DNA of 64,000 nucleotides from Escherichia phage ALITA: sequence record PP359570; one strand, 5' to 3'. Shown piece by piece: positions 49,544 to 58,998 of this stretch (position 1 is its first letter; each line of letters starts with the position of its first letter). The notes under the pieces were generated by a model. It saw only the letters and a program-made list of their open reading frames with translations, ran no database searches and was not told where the DNA came from. The position numbers and the translations under genes were made by a program.

Positions 49544-49602
49544 AGGAGAGCATAGCTCTCCTAACGTTAGCCTATACTACACGAATCTCAATTAAAAGTC
49601 AA
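49544..49602 (-). promoter_or_regulatory. promoter TTGACT-N17-TAGTAT + leader hairpin AGGAGAGC-TAT-GCTCTCCT (minus strand)
   Basis: Same promoter-hairpin-RBS order as the island cassettes but with a different stem sequence. Confidence 0.5.
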
Positions 49603-49619
49603 CTATAATTTTAAATTGA

Positions 49620-50591
49620 TCACCATTTTGTATGGTTAGTCAAAAGTTGACGATGTTGAATCCAACCACAGAAGTTTCCACTCCACAAACGATGTTTACG
49701 ATCCATATGTGTAATACCTTCTTCCCAAGAAGTAGGGAACGGAGGAATATTAATACCACCTTTCTGTTGTTTTAATCCTGACAAATCCATTTCTTTCATT
49801 GGCGTTGCCTGGTGTTCAAACGGAGATGCATGTACCTTTTGTCCAGACAGCAAACGAGAATAGATATCCAATGCTTTATCTTTAGTATCATTCAATTTAC
49901 GATAACTTACCTGAGCGCAACAAGAAGCTGAAATAGCTTTTGCTTCCTCTTCTGTCAACATTTTCTCGTTGGAGAAGGTTTCACCCAAGAAATAACGGAT
50001 CATACCAGTTTCTGGATCTCGATCACGATTAACGTAAGGTGTATGCCATTCCCCTGGGAAAAGAAGATATGGTTCAGAAGATTCATACAGTTTTTTAATT
50101 TCTTTAGCAAGAGCCTCAATAGTAGGATCTGCATCAGCATCTACGCGCAACCACAAGAAGTTTTCTAGCTCTGTAGTGGTTACTACAGTCTTCATACGTT
50201 GGAATGGTTCTAGTAGGCGGTTTGCAACCTGTTTATGATAACCAGCAAGGGCAAACTCTTCTGCAAAACGTGCAGCACTTAGCGCAGCTAAGTCCCACCA
50301 TTCTTTTGCAGTGTAACCTGCATCAATCAGGGCATCGTGATCTGTGCCTTTATCTTGCATACCTGGTTGGTTAGCACCAAAACGATAAGGACGTGCTGGA
50401 GATTGCCGTACCATTTCAATTAGAGTTTTAACAGGAATAGCTCGACTTGATGCGGCATTACGAGAAAACAAACGATGCGTCATCAATTCAGAGTGAATGA
50501 TTCGGGGATATTCAAGTTCAAAGGTAACAATATCCTTACCTTCAGATGTTTGAGAGTGTGCAATAATTTTTGCTGAAATAGAATTTGTCAT
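49620..50591 (-). CDS. thyX: flavin-dependent thymidylate synthase ThyX-like (atypical)
   Basis: FELEYPRIIHSELMTHRLFSRNAASSRA aligns with the FTF..RHRxxSxxxxSxRY region; the HASPFEH motif sits near the C-terminus. Confidence 0.7.
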   Translation of the reverse strand: MTNSISAKIIAHSQTSEGKDIVTFELEYPRIIHSELMTHRLFSRNAASSRAIPVKTLIEMVRQSPARPYRFGANQPGMQDKGTDHDALIDAGYTAKEWWDLAALSAARFAEEFALAGYHKQVANRLLEPFQRMKTVVTTTELENFLWLRVDADADPTIEALAKEIKKLYESSEPYLLFPGEWHTPYVNRDRDPETGMIRYFLGETFSNEKMLTEEEAKAISASCCAQVSYRKLNDTKDKALDIYSRLLSGQKVHASPFEHQATPMKEMDLSGLKQQKGGINIPPFPTSWEEGITHMDRKHRLWSGNFCGWIQHRQLLTNHTKW

Positions 50592-50600
50592 TATTTCTCC

Positions 50601-51191
50601 TTAAGGTAGTAAAATACTTTCAATTTCTTCCCACTGATTATCTAAACCAGTGATAATTACATTAGGAAGTTTCTTTAACTCTTCCAAGTATGGATCTTCG
50701 TAAATAGTGTTGAAATATATTTTCAACGTTTCATCTGGAAATAGGACAAGATTTTCAGCCCTATCGTCAATAGTTACGTCGCAAGGTAATAAGTATTTTT
50801 CTTTTGTTGCGAAAAAGCCATTACCAGATGTTCTACTAAAGTCCACTTTATCTAAAGATCGTGTTACGTGTCTATATTTAGAACTAAGGTGTCCACCCTT
50901 AGTGTGGCTTGCTATAGATATATTAGCTCCATTTGCAATTATACGATGAACAACATCTGTACTATTAGGTACTACTCCCATAGTATCATATAGATGTTGG
51001 TTATCCCAAAAAGAGTAAGGATCTACACCAAATTGCTTTTTAAAATCAGGAAAATATTTCGTAATATCATAATGCACAGTCTTATGTGCCTTATCAAATT
51101 TGATATTAGATCTACTTACCGCATTTAACCAACTCAACCATTCTACATCGGCAGGAGCTATTACTAAATCCCAATCACATACTAGACGCAT
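50601..51191 (-). CDS. HAD-like 5'(3')-deoxyribonucleotidase (tentative)
   Basis: AGGAG RBS before MRLVCDWDLVIA (DxD-type motif); position beside tdk/thyX. Confidence 0.4.
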   Translation of the reverse strand: MRLVCDWDLVIAPADVEWLSWLNAVSRSNIKFDKAHKTVHYDITKYFPDFKKQFGVDPYSFWDNQHLYDTMGVVPNSTDVVHRIIANGANISIASHTKGGHLSSKYRHVTRSLDKVDFSRTSGNGFFATKEKYLLPCDVTIDDRAENLVLFPDETLKIYFNTIYEDPYLEELKKLPNVIITGLDNQWEEIESILLP

Positions 51192-51738
51192 TATTTCTCC
51201 TGTTATAACATTTTCTACACATTGTTTCGTAAATGTCTTCTCCTCCAATAACAATCTGTTCTTTAGAGTCGATAAGTCTAGCATTGAAAATAGCTTTTCT
51301 TCCACATTTACAAATGCTTTTCAATTCTGTAATTGAATCTGCTATGGCTAATAACCGTTCAGAACCTTCGAACAATTCTGTAGCAAAATCTGTTTTAAGC
51401 CCATAACAGAATACAGGAATATCGTAATTATCTACCACATCTCCAAGAATGTCAACCATATCTTTAGTTAGGAATTGTGATTCGTCCACAAACACTGCAT
51501 CTACTGGATTTTCTTTAAGTTGTGTATAAATTTCCAGCATATCTTCTTTTGTTTTAACTGGTTTTGCTTCCTCTTTAATACCTATCCTAGAAGCAATAGC
51601 ACAACCAGATCTAGTATCTAAAGCTGAAGTTAAAAGAAGAACTTTCATATTTCTTTCTTTATAGTTCCAAGCTGTTTGTAGCAGATGTGTGCTTTTACCA
51701 CTGTTCATCGGACTGTATCGGAAATAAAGTTTAGCCAT
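51175..51738 (-). CDS. tdk: thymidine kinase
   Basis: P-loop SPMNSGKST, VDESQF, zinc ribbon CKCGRKA...CRKC. Confidence 0.95.
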   Translation of the reverse strand: MAKLYFRYSPMNSGKSTHLLQTAWNYKERNMKVLLLTSALDTRSGCAIASRIGIKEEAKPVKTKEDMLEIYTQLKENPVDAVFVDESQFLTKDMVDILGDVVDNYDIPVFCYGLKTDFATELFEGSERLLAIADSITELKSICKCGRKAIFNARLIDSKEQIVIGGEDIYETMCRKCYNRRNNASSM

Positions 51739-51783
51739 ATTTTCTCCTCTAACGCTCCCATTTGTGGGAGCGATAATACTTTA

Positions 51784-52359
51784 TTATTTCTCTTCGTCAA
51801 GAAGAATTTTTACTATTTGTTTTCTTCGCTTACTTACTGTACTTTCTGGTGAAATTCCGCGCTTCGTTAGCCAATTTTTATCCTTTTTAGACTGGCATAA
51901 AGCTATCGCTTCCTTCTCCGCTTTTGCTTCCCTGAATGTCATATCGTGCTTGTCAGCATAAGCCAGGATAGCGTTACACTGCTTACAAACTACACGCAGG
52001 TCGTCTTCTGTTACGTACAATAGGCGTAAAACAAAACTTGGGATATCTTCATAACAGGTTAATGTACCTGCTGCATTAATATGGTCTACTTGAAAGTCTT
52101 TCATACCTCCTGTATGTCCACACAATTCACACTTACAATTCCAAACCTGTTTCGGTTTGCCTGTTTTCTTATCTAAAACTATATTTCCATCTTTATCCAA
52201 CCTATCCGCTTTAAATCGTACAGATTGGATCTTTTTTATCTTATTCGGGTGTCTCACCCATGCTTTCCTTAAGCAACCCCTTAAATATGTATAAAAGGCT
52301 GCTTGAGTTTTCCAAGGTGTTCCATCTCCCCAAATAACTTTAGGTTCTTTATTTTCCAA
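51784..52359 (-). CDS. HNH endonuclease (free-standing, homing-type)
   Basis: CELCGH...VDHINAAG...CKQCN HNH/zinc motif. Confidence 0.7.
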   Translation of the reverse strand: MENKEPKVIWGDGTPWKTQAAFYTYLRGCLRKAWVRHPNKIKKIQSVRFKADRLDKDGNIVLDKKTGKPKQVWNCKCELCGHTGGMKDFQVDHINAAGTLTCYEDIPSFVLRLLYVTEDDLRVVCKQCNAILAYADKHDMTFREAKAEKEAIALCQSKKDKNWLTKRGISPESTVSKRRKQIVKILLDEEK

Positions 52360-52543
52360 TAGTGCTCACCTTTTTAGCTACATAATCTCCTGGTGGAATG
52401 TTATATTTAAAGAAAAGCATACGGTCTAAACCAGCTTTACACATGTTTTCTGTGATTGTGATTGTATATAGGAGTTTATCTCCACGCTTATTGTATATTT
52501 TATATACTTCACCCTCTCCGTATTGTTTACCGTGAGAAGCCAT
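52349..52543 (-). CDS. hypothetical protein
   Basis: 64-aa ORF, overlaps its neighbours. Confidence 0.55.
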   Translation of the reverse strand: MASHGKQYGEGEVYKIYNKRGDKLLYTITITENMCKAGLDRMLFFKYNIPPGDYVAKKVSTIGK

Positions 52544-52928
52544 CTACACTCTCCTTCAATGTTTCAATAGCATCTGCTGCTTCAATATACTTACCTTTGT
52601 ACATTGCTTTTAAAGCCTTACGAACAAGATCATCGTCTGTGTATAAATCAATTAGCTGATTAGCTAACTCAATTTTTACAGGATTTTTTAAGTTAGGGTA
52701 GGCTTCATACAACATATTGTAATACTTATCACTTAATTCTTTTTCAATATGAATAACGTGAATCGCTTTGTTTAGGTTGATCACACGATCACCTTTGTTT
52801 CGACAAGCATACTTAGCTAACTTAGTGAAACAAGGAGTTGCACCAATTAGATATGCAAGTTCCAAAGGTTGCATACGCATACGTTTGTAGTGATCACCAT
52901 CAATTTGAATATCCAGTGCTGTAGTCAT
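52527..52928 (-). CDS. DUF3310-like protein
   Basis: GDHYKRMRMQPLE...KYACRNKGD...KAIHVIHIE pattern recalled for DUF3310. Confidence 0.5.
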   Translation of the reverse strand: MTTALDIQIDGDHYKRMRMQPLELAYLIGATPCFTKLAKYACRNKGDRVINLNKAIHVIHIEKELSDKYYNMLYEAYPNLKNPVKIELANQLIDLYTDDDLVRKALKAMYKGKYIEAADAIETLKESVDGFSR

Positions 52929-52940
52929 AAATCCTCCAAA

Positions 52941-52961
52941 AATAAAGGGGCTTTCGCCCCT
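52941..52961 (-). terminator. hairpin GGGGC-GAAA-GCCCC with flanking A/T runs
   Basis: Between 52968..53930 and 52527..52928. Confidence 0.55.
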
Positions 52962-52967
52962 TTTTTA

Positions 52968-53930
52968 TTAAATTCCAATAACAGTATTTACACGCTTCTC
53001 TTTGCTACGCAAATTAACACGTCCACGAGACAGGCTATTACATGATGTGCATCTTAGCACTTGGAATGTACTAACCGCTGTTGTGTAAACCTTACCAGGA
53101 ACAACTTCAAGGTGCTCTTTACCGCAACGAGGACAACGAAGTTTTTCATCGTCATAGAATGCAGATACGTTAGGATGTTGTGGAATCCATGCACGAAGTT
53201 TGATGTAAAGATCTCTAAGAGAAACAACATCACCATCATTGTATGTTTGCATACGGAAGAAGGCATGTCTATCTCCTTCACAACATGCTTTCCACAAAGG
53301 AAAACCTTCATTATCAAGTTTAAAGTTTTCTGTATCAAAATACAAACACATTTCTTTAAGCGCATTAGAAGGTAGTGCAAACTGCTTCTTAGCTGCCTTG
53401 AGTGTATCAATTACAACATAATGTGATGGTGGCTCCATACCGTGAAAAGCAAAACGTTGGTTAATATAAGCCTTATCAAACTTAATACCGTTGTGCGCGA
53501 TCACAATATCTGCATCGTCAAGCAAGTGCCAGAGATCTTGACATAATTCCCAATCATCTGTATGATCTATGTCAAACAAAGGGTAATTGCTAAGGTTCTT
53601 ACCTTCTACTTCCCCTGTTTCTAAATCAGCAGATGAATAGGAAAGCAAGTAACCTCGACGAATAACTTGTTCAGGTGCAATAAAGGCTTTGAAACGTGAG
53701 AAGCTATACACAATCTCCGGTGCTGTCTCTACGTCAATAATTTTAATTACTGGCCCACCTTTATCTTGCGGAGCACCGCGATGTGGTGAATTTACACGAG
53801 CTAAGTAATCATTTACTGTGCTCTTCTTAGTAGAACTTCCCAACACCTCTTGTGCAATCTTACGCGAAGAATAACCTTGTGCTTTCATAGATACAATCAA
53901 GGCTTTCTGTTCGTCTGTTAATTTACTCAA
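52968..53930 (-). CDS. DnaQ-like 3'-5' exonuclease with N-terminal HTH and C-terminal zinc ribbon
   Basis: ExoI IIDVETAPE, ExoII AHNGIKFDKAY, ExoIII YNDGDVVSL; CPRCGK...CTSCN. Confidence 0.7.
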   Translation of the reverse strand: MSKLTDEQKALIVSMKAQGYSSRKIAQEVLGSSTKKSTVNDYLARVNSPHRGAPQDKGGPVIKIIDVETAPEIVYSFSRFKAFIAPEQVIRRGYLLSYSSADLETGEVEGKNLSNYPLFDIDHTDDWELCQDLWHLLDDADIVIAHNGIKFDKAYINQRFAFHGMEPPSHYVVIDTLKAAKKQFALPSNALKEMCLYFDTENFKLDNEGFPLWKACCEGDRHAFFRMQTYNDGDVVSLRDLYIKLRAWIPQHPNVSAFYDDEKLRCPRCGKEHLEVVPGKVYTTAVSTFQVLRCTSCNSLSRGRVNLRSKEKRVNTVIGI

Positions 53931-55045
53931 TGTTCCTCCTGCTCTGAAATATATGCTTGTAGCATACTTTCAAAAGTTGTTTCATCATTAGCCCAACGTT
54001 TCATATATACCAACTGAAAAATTGTCTCTATCCATTCATCAGTTGTCATTTCTACTTCTTCACCATCCCAAGAAGTAAATTTAACGCCATCTGGGAACCA
54101 TTCATAATACTGATCTTTAACTGTCTGAAAAAGTTCAGCCTGTGTTTTACATTTGGAAATAAGATTAAAGCAAGTAATATCTCCAAACTTAACATCGAAA
54201 TCTTGGTAAGGTCGAATACTATCTGTCTTATCGCCCATTAGCATTTGATAAGCTAACCAGTAACTACCCCAACCCTTAACTTCTTTTTTCTTACCTTTTT
54301 CTACGATCCAGATATCACCGATAGATTCATCAATCAGAATAACACAAGGATTTTTATAAACACCATCCTCTTTATAAAAGTTAAAGAGTAAACTTGGTGT
54401 ATGTAAGCTATCTTTGTCGATAGATGCTACAATATGAGAAAACTTACCAGTTTCCTTGTAGGCTTTATACCCTGCATATCCATAGATTTCTAAAGCATCA
54501 TCTGCCTCAATACCAGTAACAACGTCACCGTTATGTTTTTCAACTAGATAATCTTTAGTATCTGATAATTGGATTGGTCTTAAATCTGATCGTTCTGATT
54601 TATATTCTTTTGGCATTTTGAAAGAATGCCGGAAGGTTTTTCCTACCCCGATGACACCGCAATACTTTTGAAGTTTTAGGTGATCCACCATCTGGGTTAT
54701 TTTTGTCTTTGCAGCTTGAAACGTAAAAGAAATATTCTCTGGGACTATTTGAACATCTTTTATTTCAAAATCTTCCTTGGAGAACAACTTCTTACCAGCA
54801 GCTTCGCGTTGCGCGTTAAGTGCTCCTAACCATCCTCCAATATTTTTTGAAGATTTACCCCAAAAATCTGTTCTTGTTTCAAACTCTTTTACATTACCGG
54901 AAGCCTTGTGTACAGCGTGGATTTTTCTTTGTTCTAAAGCTGAAGATGCTTGGAACGCCACTTGATCGTAGTCTATTGCAAGAATTGTGTTCTCGTCAAC
55001 ATATTTGTGCAGGTCTTCCGGTTGGATTAAAATGTAACCGCTAAT
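53927..55045 (-). CDS. rnh: T4 RNase H / flap endonuclease (5'-3' exonuclease), probably starting at a non-canonical ATT
   Basis: GIEADDALE and GDKTDSIRP FEN motifs; the region upstream of GTG 54961 encodes ILAIDYDQVAFQASSAL, matching ICLIDFSQIALSTAL of T4 RNase H; AGGAGG lies 4 nt before ATT 55045. Confidence 0.65.
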   Translation of the reverse strand: MSGYILIQPEDLHKYVDENTILAIDYDQVAFQASSALEQRKIHAVHKASGNVKEFETRTDFWGKSSKNIGGWLGALNAQREAAGKKLFSKEDFEIKDVQIVPENISFTFQAAKTKITQMVDHLKLQKYCGVIGVGKTFRHSFKMPKEYKSERSDLRPIQLSDTKDYLVEKHNGDVVTGIEADDALEIYGYAGYKAYKETGKFSHIVASIDKDSLHTPSLLFNFYKEDGVYKNPCVILIDESIGDIWIVEKGKKKEVKGWGSYWLAYQMLMGDKTDSIRPYQDFDVKFGDITCFNLISKCKTQAELFQTVKDQYYEWFPDGVKFTSWDGEEVEMTTDEWIETIFQLVYMKRWANDETTFESMLQAYISEQEEH

Positions 55046-55053
55046 ATTACCTC

Positions 55054-55266
55054 CTATTCATCATCTGAACTCTCTGTTGAGAATGTTCGTGTGTAGGGAC
55101 ACTGACGACTTGCAGAAACCTCTATAACCTTGTCGTACATACCGTTAGAGTAAAAACAGTATTTTGTACTTCCATAAACTTGTTCTCCAGAATTAATTAA
55201 AGTTATTTGACCAGCATAAGAATAAGAACTGATTACTAAAAGTAAACCGACAAGAAGTTTTTTCAT
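55054..55266 (-). CDS. small secreted protein
   Basis: Signal-peptide-like MKKLLVGLLLVISSYSYA-GQ. Confidence 0.6.
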   Translation of the reverse strand: MKKLLVGLLLVISSYSYAGQITLINSGEQVYGSTKYCFYSNGMYDKVIEVSASRQCPYTRTFSTESSDDE

Positions 55267-55341
55267 TGGTGTGTCTCCTTAAAAGCCCACCTAACTAAGT
55301 AGGTAGGCATATTAACACATATTAAATTAGTAAGTCAAGTA

Positions 55342-56226
55342 TTATTTTTGAATAGTTGACTTAATAAGGTCTTGCATAATACCACGGATTTCATTAAAGC
55401 ACAGAAGGACAGATGCTTCAAAAGATCCTTCTTCATCGTTAAAGTATTTAGGGAATTTAATACCACTCAACTTAAATTCTTTATCAACAATAAAGTTAAC
55501 GAAACCGTCATATTCCAGGCCAATAGCAACAACGTGCTTACCATCTTCCATAAGTTCTACTGCACGAGATTCGTAAAGGGATTCTTTACTCCATACAACC
55601 ACACCTTCAGAATCTTCAAGTTTAATATAATTACCAAGGGTCAGTCGTTCAGCCTCATGTTCTTCTAAGATGGTATCAAAACCTTTAATAATGGCTTCTT
55701 CGTGTACACTAAACGGCAGAACTGGGAAAGTACCCAACACCTCACGAAGAAATACAGCAATATCTTCACTAATTTTCTTAGTACCATTAAGAACGTAGGT
55801 AATACTGTTTTCAGTGTCTACAACAACATAGTTATAGAAATCATCTGCCTCTGTTTCTGGGAGCAGAGAAAACACAATATCAGCCTCAATTGCTTTTTTA
55901 CTTTCTTTGTCCAAGAAGAATTCTTTAGTAGGATTTGCAGCAATAAACTCTTGTTCCATCTCTTGGAGTTTTTCATTAAGAATGCGTTTAACTTTTTTCT
56001 TGTTAACTTTCTTAACAGATTGCCCTACTTTAATAACCTCTAAACCAGAGAACACTTTTACATAGGAACCATCATCTTCAAAACGAACAAGACCAATGGT
56101 ATGTGCTTGTTGACCCTGTGCCACAACAAAATCCAGCGGTTTGTCTGTTACTGTGTTCAGTGCGGAAATAGACAGACCATCACCAGAAATCAGGGTTACG
56201 CAAGATTTGAAATTTTTAGCAAACAT
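55342..56226 (-). CDS. RdgC-like recombination-associated protein
   Basis: MFAKNF.., SLLPE.., LREVLGTFPVLPFS parallel E. coli RdgC MLWFKNL.., SLLPRAFS, LRKSLGSLPVVPLS (from memory). Confidence 0.55.
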   Translation of the reverse strand: MFAKNFKSCVTLISGDGLSISALNTVTDKPLDFVVAQGQQAHTIGLVRFEDDGSYVKVFSGLEVIKVGQSVKKVNKKKVKRILNEKLQEMEQEFIAANPTKEFFLDKESKKAIEADIVFSLLPETEADDFYNYVVVDTENSITYVLNGTKKISEDIAVFLREVLGTFPVLPFSVHEEAIIKGFDTILEEHEAERLTLGNYIKLEDSEGVVVWSKESLYESRAVELMEDGKHVVAIGLEYDGFVNFIVDKEFKLSGIKFPKYFNDEEGSFEASVLLCFNEIRGIMQDLIKSTIQK

Positions 56227-56236
56227 AGTTTTCTCC

Positions 56237-56515
56237 TCAAATAATAACTACAAAATATTTTACACCATCATATTCGACAATATGATCAGGATATTTAAAT
56301 CCTTTATAAGATTTACCAAACAGACTAACAGCCTCATTAGCTTTGTTTTGCGGATTACTCAGCCACTGTTCTTCTGTGTAAAACTTAAACTCTGTTCTCT
56401 TACCTTCTTTTTCTAAACCAACAATTTCCTGTGTGATATCTTCAATACCTGCATTCTTCAAGGATTTGATTACCTGACGCAAACCGTGTTTAAAGATATC
56501 TTCTGCTGTTAACAT
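56237..56515 (-). CDS. hypothetical protein
   Basis: 92-aa ORF with GGAGG RBS. Confidence 0.65.
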   Translation of the reverse strand: MLTAEDIFKHGLRQVIKSLKNAGIEDITQEIVGLEKEGKRTEFKFYTEEQWLSNPQNKANEAVSLFGKSYKGFKYPDHIVEYDGVKYFVVII

Positions 56516-56528
56516 AATACCTCCAATA

Positions 56529-56544
56529 AGCCCCCGAAGGGGCT
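56529..56544 (-). terminator. hairpin AGCCCC-TTCG-GGGGCT
   Basis: After the MazG-like gene; weak T-run. Confidence 0.4.
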
Positions 56545-56551
56545 TTATTTC

Positions 56552-57274
56552 TTAAGCAATGATTGCTGCGATATTAGGTTTAACAAAGGTAGATGGTTTC
56601 ATAATTTTACCTTTGTCATCAAAGAATACGTACACCTTTTGAACTTCGTTATATACAGCATGTACCCCAGTATAAGAACCTTCTGCACGATCTTTGCTTC
56701 GCATCTCGATAGCATCGCACTCTTTTTCAAGAGCTTCAATAATATCTTTAGTTTCCCAAATAGCCAGGAGTTGCTTCTTGGTAGGATACTTGGACTCATT
56801 GCTATTCAACACTTCACGCATAACCTTCTTCTCGTTATAAACAGAACGCACCAAAGTATCTCGTGCCATACGTGTAAGTGTAAGAGACATTAAGGCAAAT
56901 TGCAAGTCATTTTCTACCATTTTATCAAATTCAATGATAACATCGTAAATGTTTTCTGCCAGAACATCGCCTGTCGGCATTTCCAGAGCTTTATCAACAC
57001 CTTCTTTACCAAAGAACATAAATGCCAGATAGGATGCTACCACAAAAATATCTGCTGCTGCATCAAGTAATTCAACGTGATCATTTTCCTGTGCTGCTGC
57101 TTGAAACTCTTTAAGTTCTTCTCGTACAAAAGAAAGTTGAGCTTCAAACATCTCTTGAGTAAATTCTGGAGTTACTCCACCGCGTGCCTTAGCATTCCAA
57201 GCAACAATTTGATCGGCAGCTTTGATAAAGAAGCTATTGTCCACTTTTACTTGTTTGAAAAAATTCTCGATCAT
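56552..57274 (-). CDS. MazG-like nucleoside triphosphate pyrophosphohydrolase (tentative)
   Basis: EELKEFQAA...ELLDAAADIFVV resembles the EExxE...D metal motif. Confidence 0.5.
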   Translation of the reverse strand: MIENFFKQVKVDNSFFIKAADQIVAWNAKARGGVTPEFTQEMFEAQLSFVREELKEFQAAAQENDHVELLDAAADIFVVASYLAFMFFGKEGVDKALEMPTGDVLAENIYDVIIEFDKMVENDLQFALMSLTLTRMARDTLVRSVYNEKKVMREVLNSNESKYPTKKQLLAIWETKDIIEALEKECDAIEMRSKDRAEGSYTGVHAVYNEVQKVYVFFDDKGKIMKPSTFVKPNIAAIIA

Positions 57275-57283
57275 TGTTTCTCC

Positions 57284-57463
57284 TTATTTAAAATATTGTT
57301 CTAACAAAACACTAATGCGAACTACCGATTCGCCCATATACGCCCCAGCACAGAGGAAAACAACAAATCTACAAAAATTGCAGTACCATTTGTCCACTGG
57401 AAACGAGGCTAACATTATAATTGCAATAGCAATTAACATCATAAGAACTGTTACTAATACCAT
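57284..57463 (-). CDS. small membrane protein
   Basis: MVLVTVLMMLIAIAIIMLASF hydrophobic N-terminus; start chosen at the internal ATG. Confidence 0.35.
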   Translation of the reverse strand: MVLVTVLMMLIAIAIIMLASFPVDKWYCNFCRFVVFLCAGAYMGESVVRISVLLEQYFK

Positions 57464-57471
57464 ATTACCTC

Positions 57472-58587
57472 TTACTCTGCTGGTTCCCAAGTACCTGGAA
57501 TCATCTTACGTACACGTACCCCAACAGGCTTGGTAGGAATACCTTCGTCTGAAAATTCTTCGTACTCTATTTCAACAAATTGACCAATAAGTGTCAAAGC
57601 ATTTTCTTCTTTACGATAGTTAATGGTTTCATCTGAATCCTTACGCATCAGGAATTCGACTACTTTACCATTTTCCATCTCGCCTGTCAATACCCCGTCA
57701 CCATTTTTATCACGTTTTGCACTTACCACTTTAACTTCAAGCGTCTGACGTGGTTTACGTTTAATAACATCATAAGAACGTTTATCAAACTCGTAAACAC
57801 CTTGTGCGTTACGATACACCACACCTTCCGCTTTCTCACGCAGAGCTTTTGCATAGAATTCATCAAACTGCTCTTGGTTTTCAATGTACTCTGTATGTAC
57901 TACACAAATAAGTTCATCTAAACCTTTATCTTCAACAACGTCTTTTAGAGCAGCCAAAACTTCAACCCTCTTCTCAAATGGTACAGATGGCACAGGAACA
58001 TCATATACATAGTATTTAAGAAGCGGAGTGTTAGCATTATGCTTTTTCCACGCACTATTAATTTGTTGAAGGCTAAGGACACCCAAACCAGCAAAAACTT
58101 CACCGTCAAGAGGATGACCAACTACTTCTTTAATGAAGGTTGGAATTTCTTTCCAGTGAGGTGGAAGTTTATATACTTCCCCAGCTTTAGATAAACATTC
58201 ACCTTGCATGTTAATCATTGAACGTAGACCATTCAATTTATATTGTGCATAACCTGGGAACAAAACACGATCAGCATAATCTTTATAATCCTGACATTTC
58301 ATGGGTGTAGAAGGAACATGGTTTTCAGCTTCCTCTTTTGTTTTATAATACCCATTCTTAAGTTGCTTTGTCCATTTGGCAAGAGCTTCTATTTCAGCTT
58401 GTTCTTCTGCTGTTGTTTCATTTGAGCGACCAATATTTTTAGGTTCTGCCGTATAAGATTTGCTAGTGATCTTTCCACCTAATTGACCATGAGCAACAGT
58501 TACAACACTACCTTCGGTATAGACTGACCACTGTCTAATTTTACCTGTAGAAGTTTTACCATATAATGTAGGATTAGTTTGTTTCAT
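57472..58587 (-). CDS. ATP-dependent DNA ligase
   Basis: Motif I KLNGLR, adenylation/OB layout; GGAGG RBS before MKQTNPTLYGK. Confidence 0.75.
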   Translation of the reverse strand: MKQTNPTLYGKTSTGKIRQWSVYTEGSVVTVAHGQLGGKITSKSYTAEPKNIGRSNETTAEEQAEIEALAKWTKQLKNGYYKTKEEAENHVPSTPMKCQDYKDYADRVLFPGYAQYKLNGLRSMINMQGECLSKAGEVYKLPPHWKEIPTFIKEVVGHPLDGEVFAGLGVLSLQQINSAWKKHNANTPLLKYYVYDVPVPSVPFEKRVEVLAALKDVVEDKGLDELICVVHTEYIENQEQFDEFYAKALREKAEGVVYRNAQGVYEFDKRSYDVIKRKPRQTLEVKVVSAKRDKNGDGVLTGEMENGKVVEFLMRKDSDETINYRKEENALTLIGQFVEIEYEEFSDEGIPTKPVGVRVRKMIPGTWEPAE

Positions 58588-58762
58588 CTTTAACCTCCAG
58601 TTGCGAAAGAACCCATTTAGCCATTTCAATTTCACCGTGTAGTCTGCCTAGTTCATAGGCATCATCAATATTACCACCAGTGTAATCATCCACCATAAAG
58701 TAAGGATCTTCACTACTGTTAGGCGCGTTTGCAATTCTCGTTAGTTCTTCAATAAATGTCAT
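58574..58762 (-). CDS. hypothetical protein
   Basis: Start at MTFIEEL; overlaps the ligase start. Confidence 0.5.
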   Translation of the reverse strand: MTFIEELTRIANAPNSSEDPYFMVDDYTGGNIDDAYELGRLHGEIEMAKWVLSQLEVKDETN

Positions 58763-58770
58763 AGTTAACC

Positions 58771-58995
58771 TTACCAATTATACACAAGAGTTTGAATTTC
58801 TTCCATCAAATCTTCAAGATCTGTATCAACATATTCAGAAGATGTTGCCATAAAGTATGTAATCATTGTGAACCCTTCCGAAGAAAGGGCATCAAGGATA
58901 TCATTAAACATATCTTCCATTTCAGTATTCTCACCAAATGAAAATAACATTTGTTGATCTTCGCTTACACCTTTAACATAGATAGCTGTGCTCAT
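58771..58995 (-). CDS. hypothetical acidic protein
   Basis: 74-aa ORF. Confidence 0.6.
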   Translation of the reverse strand: MSTAIYVKGVSEDQQMLFSFGENTEMEDMFNDILDALSSEGFTMITYFMATSSEYVDTDLEDLMEEIQTLVYNW

Positions 58996-58998
58996 ATA

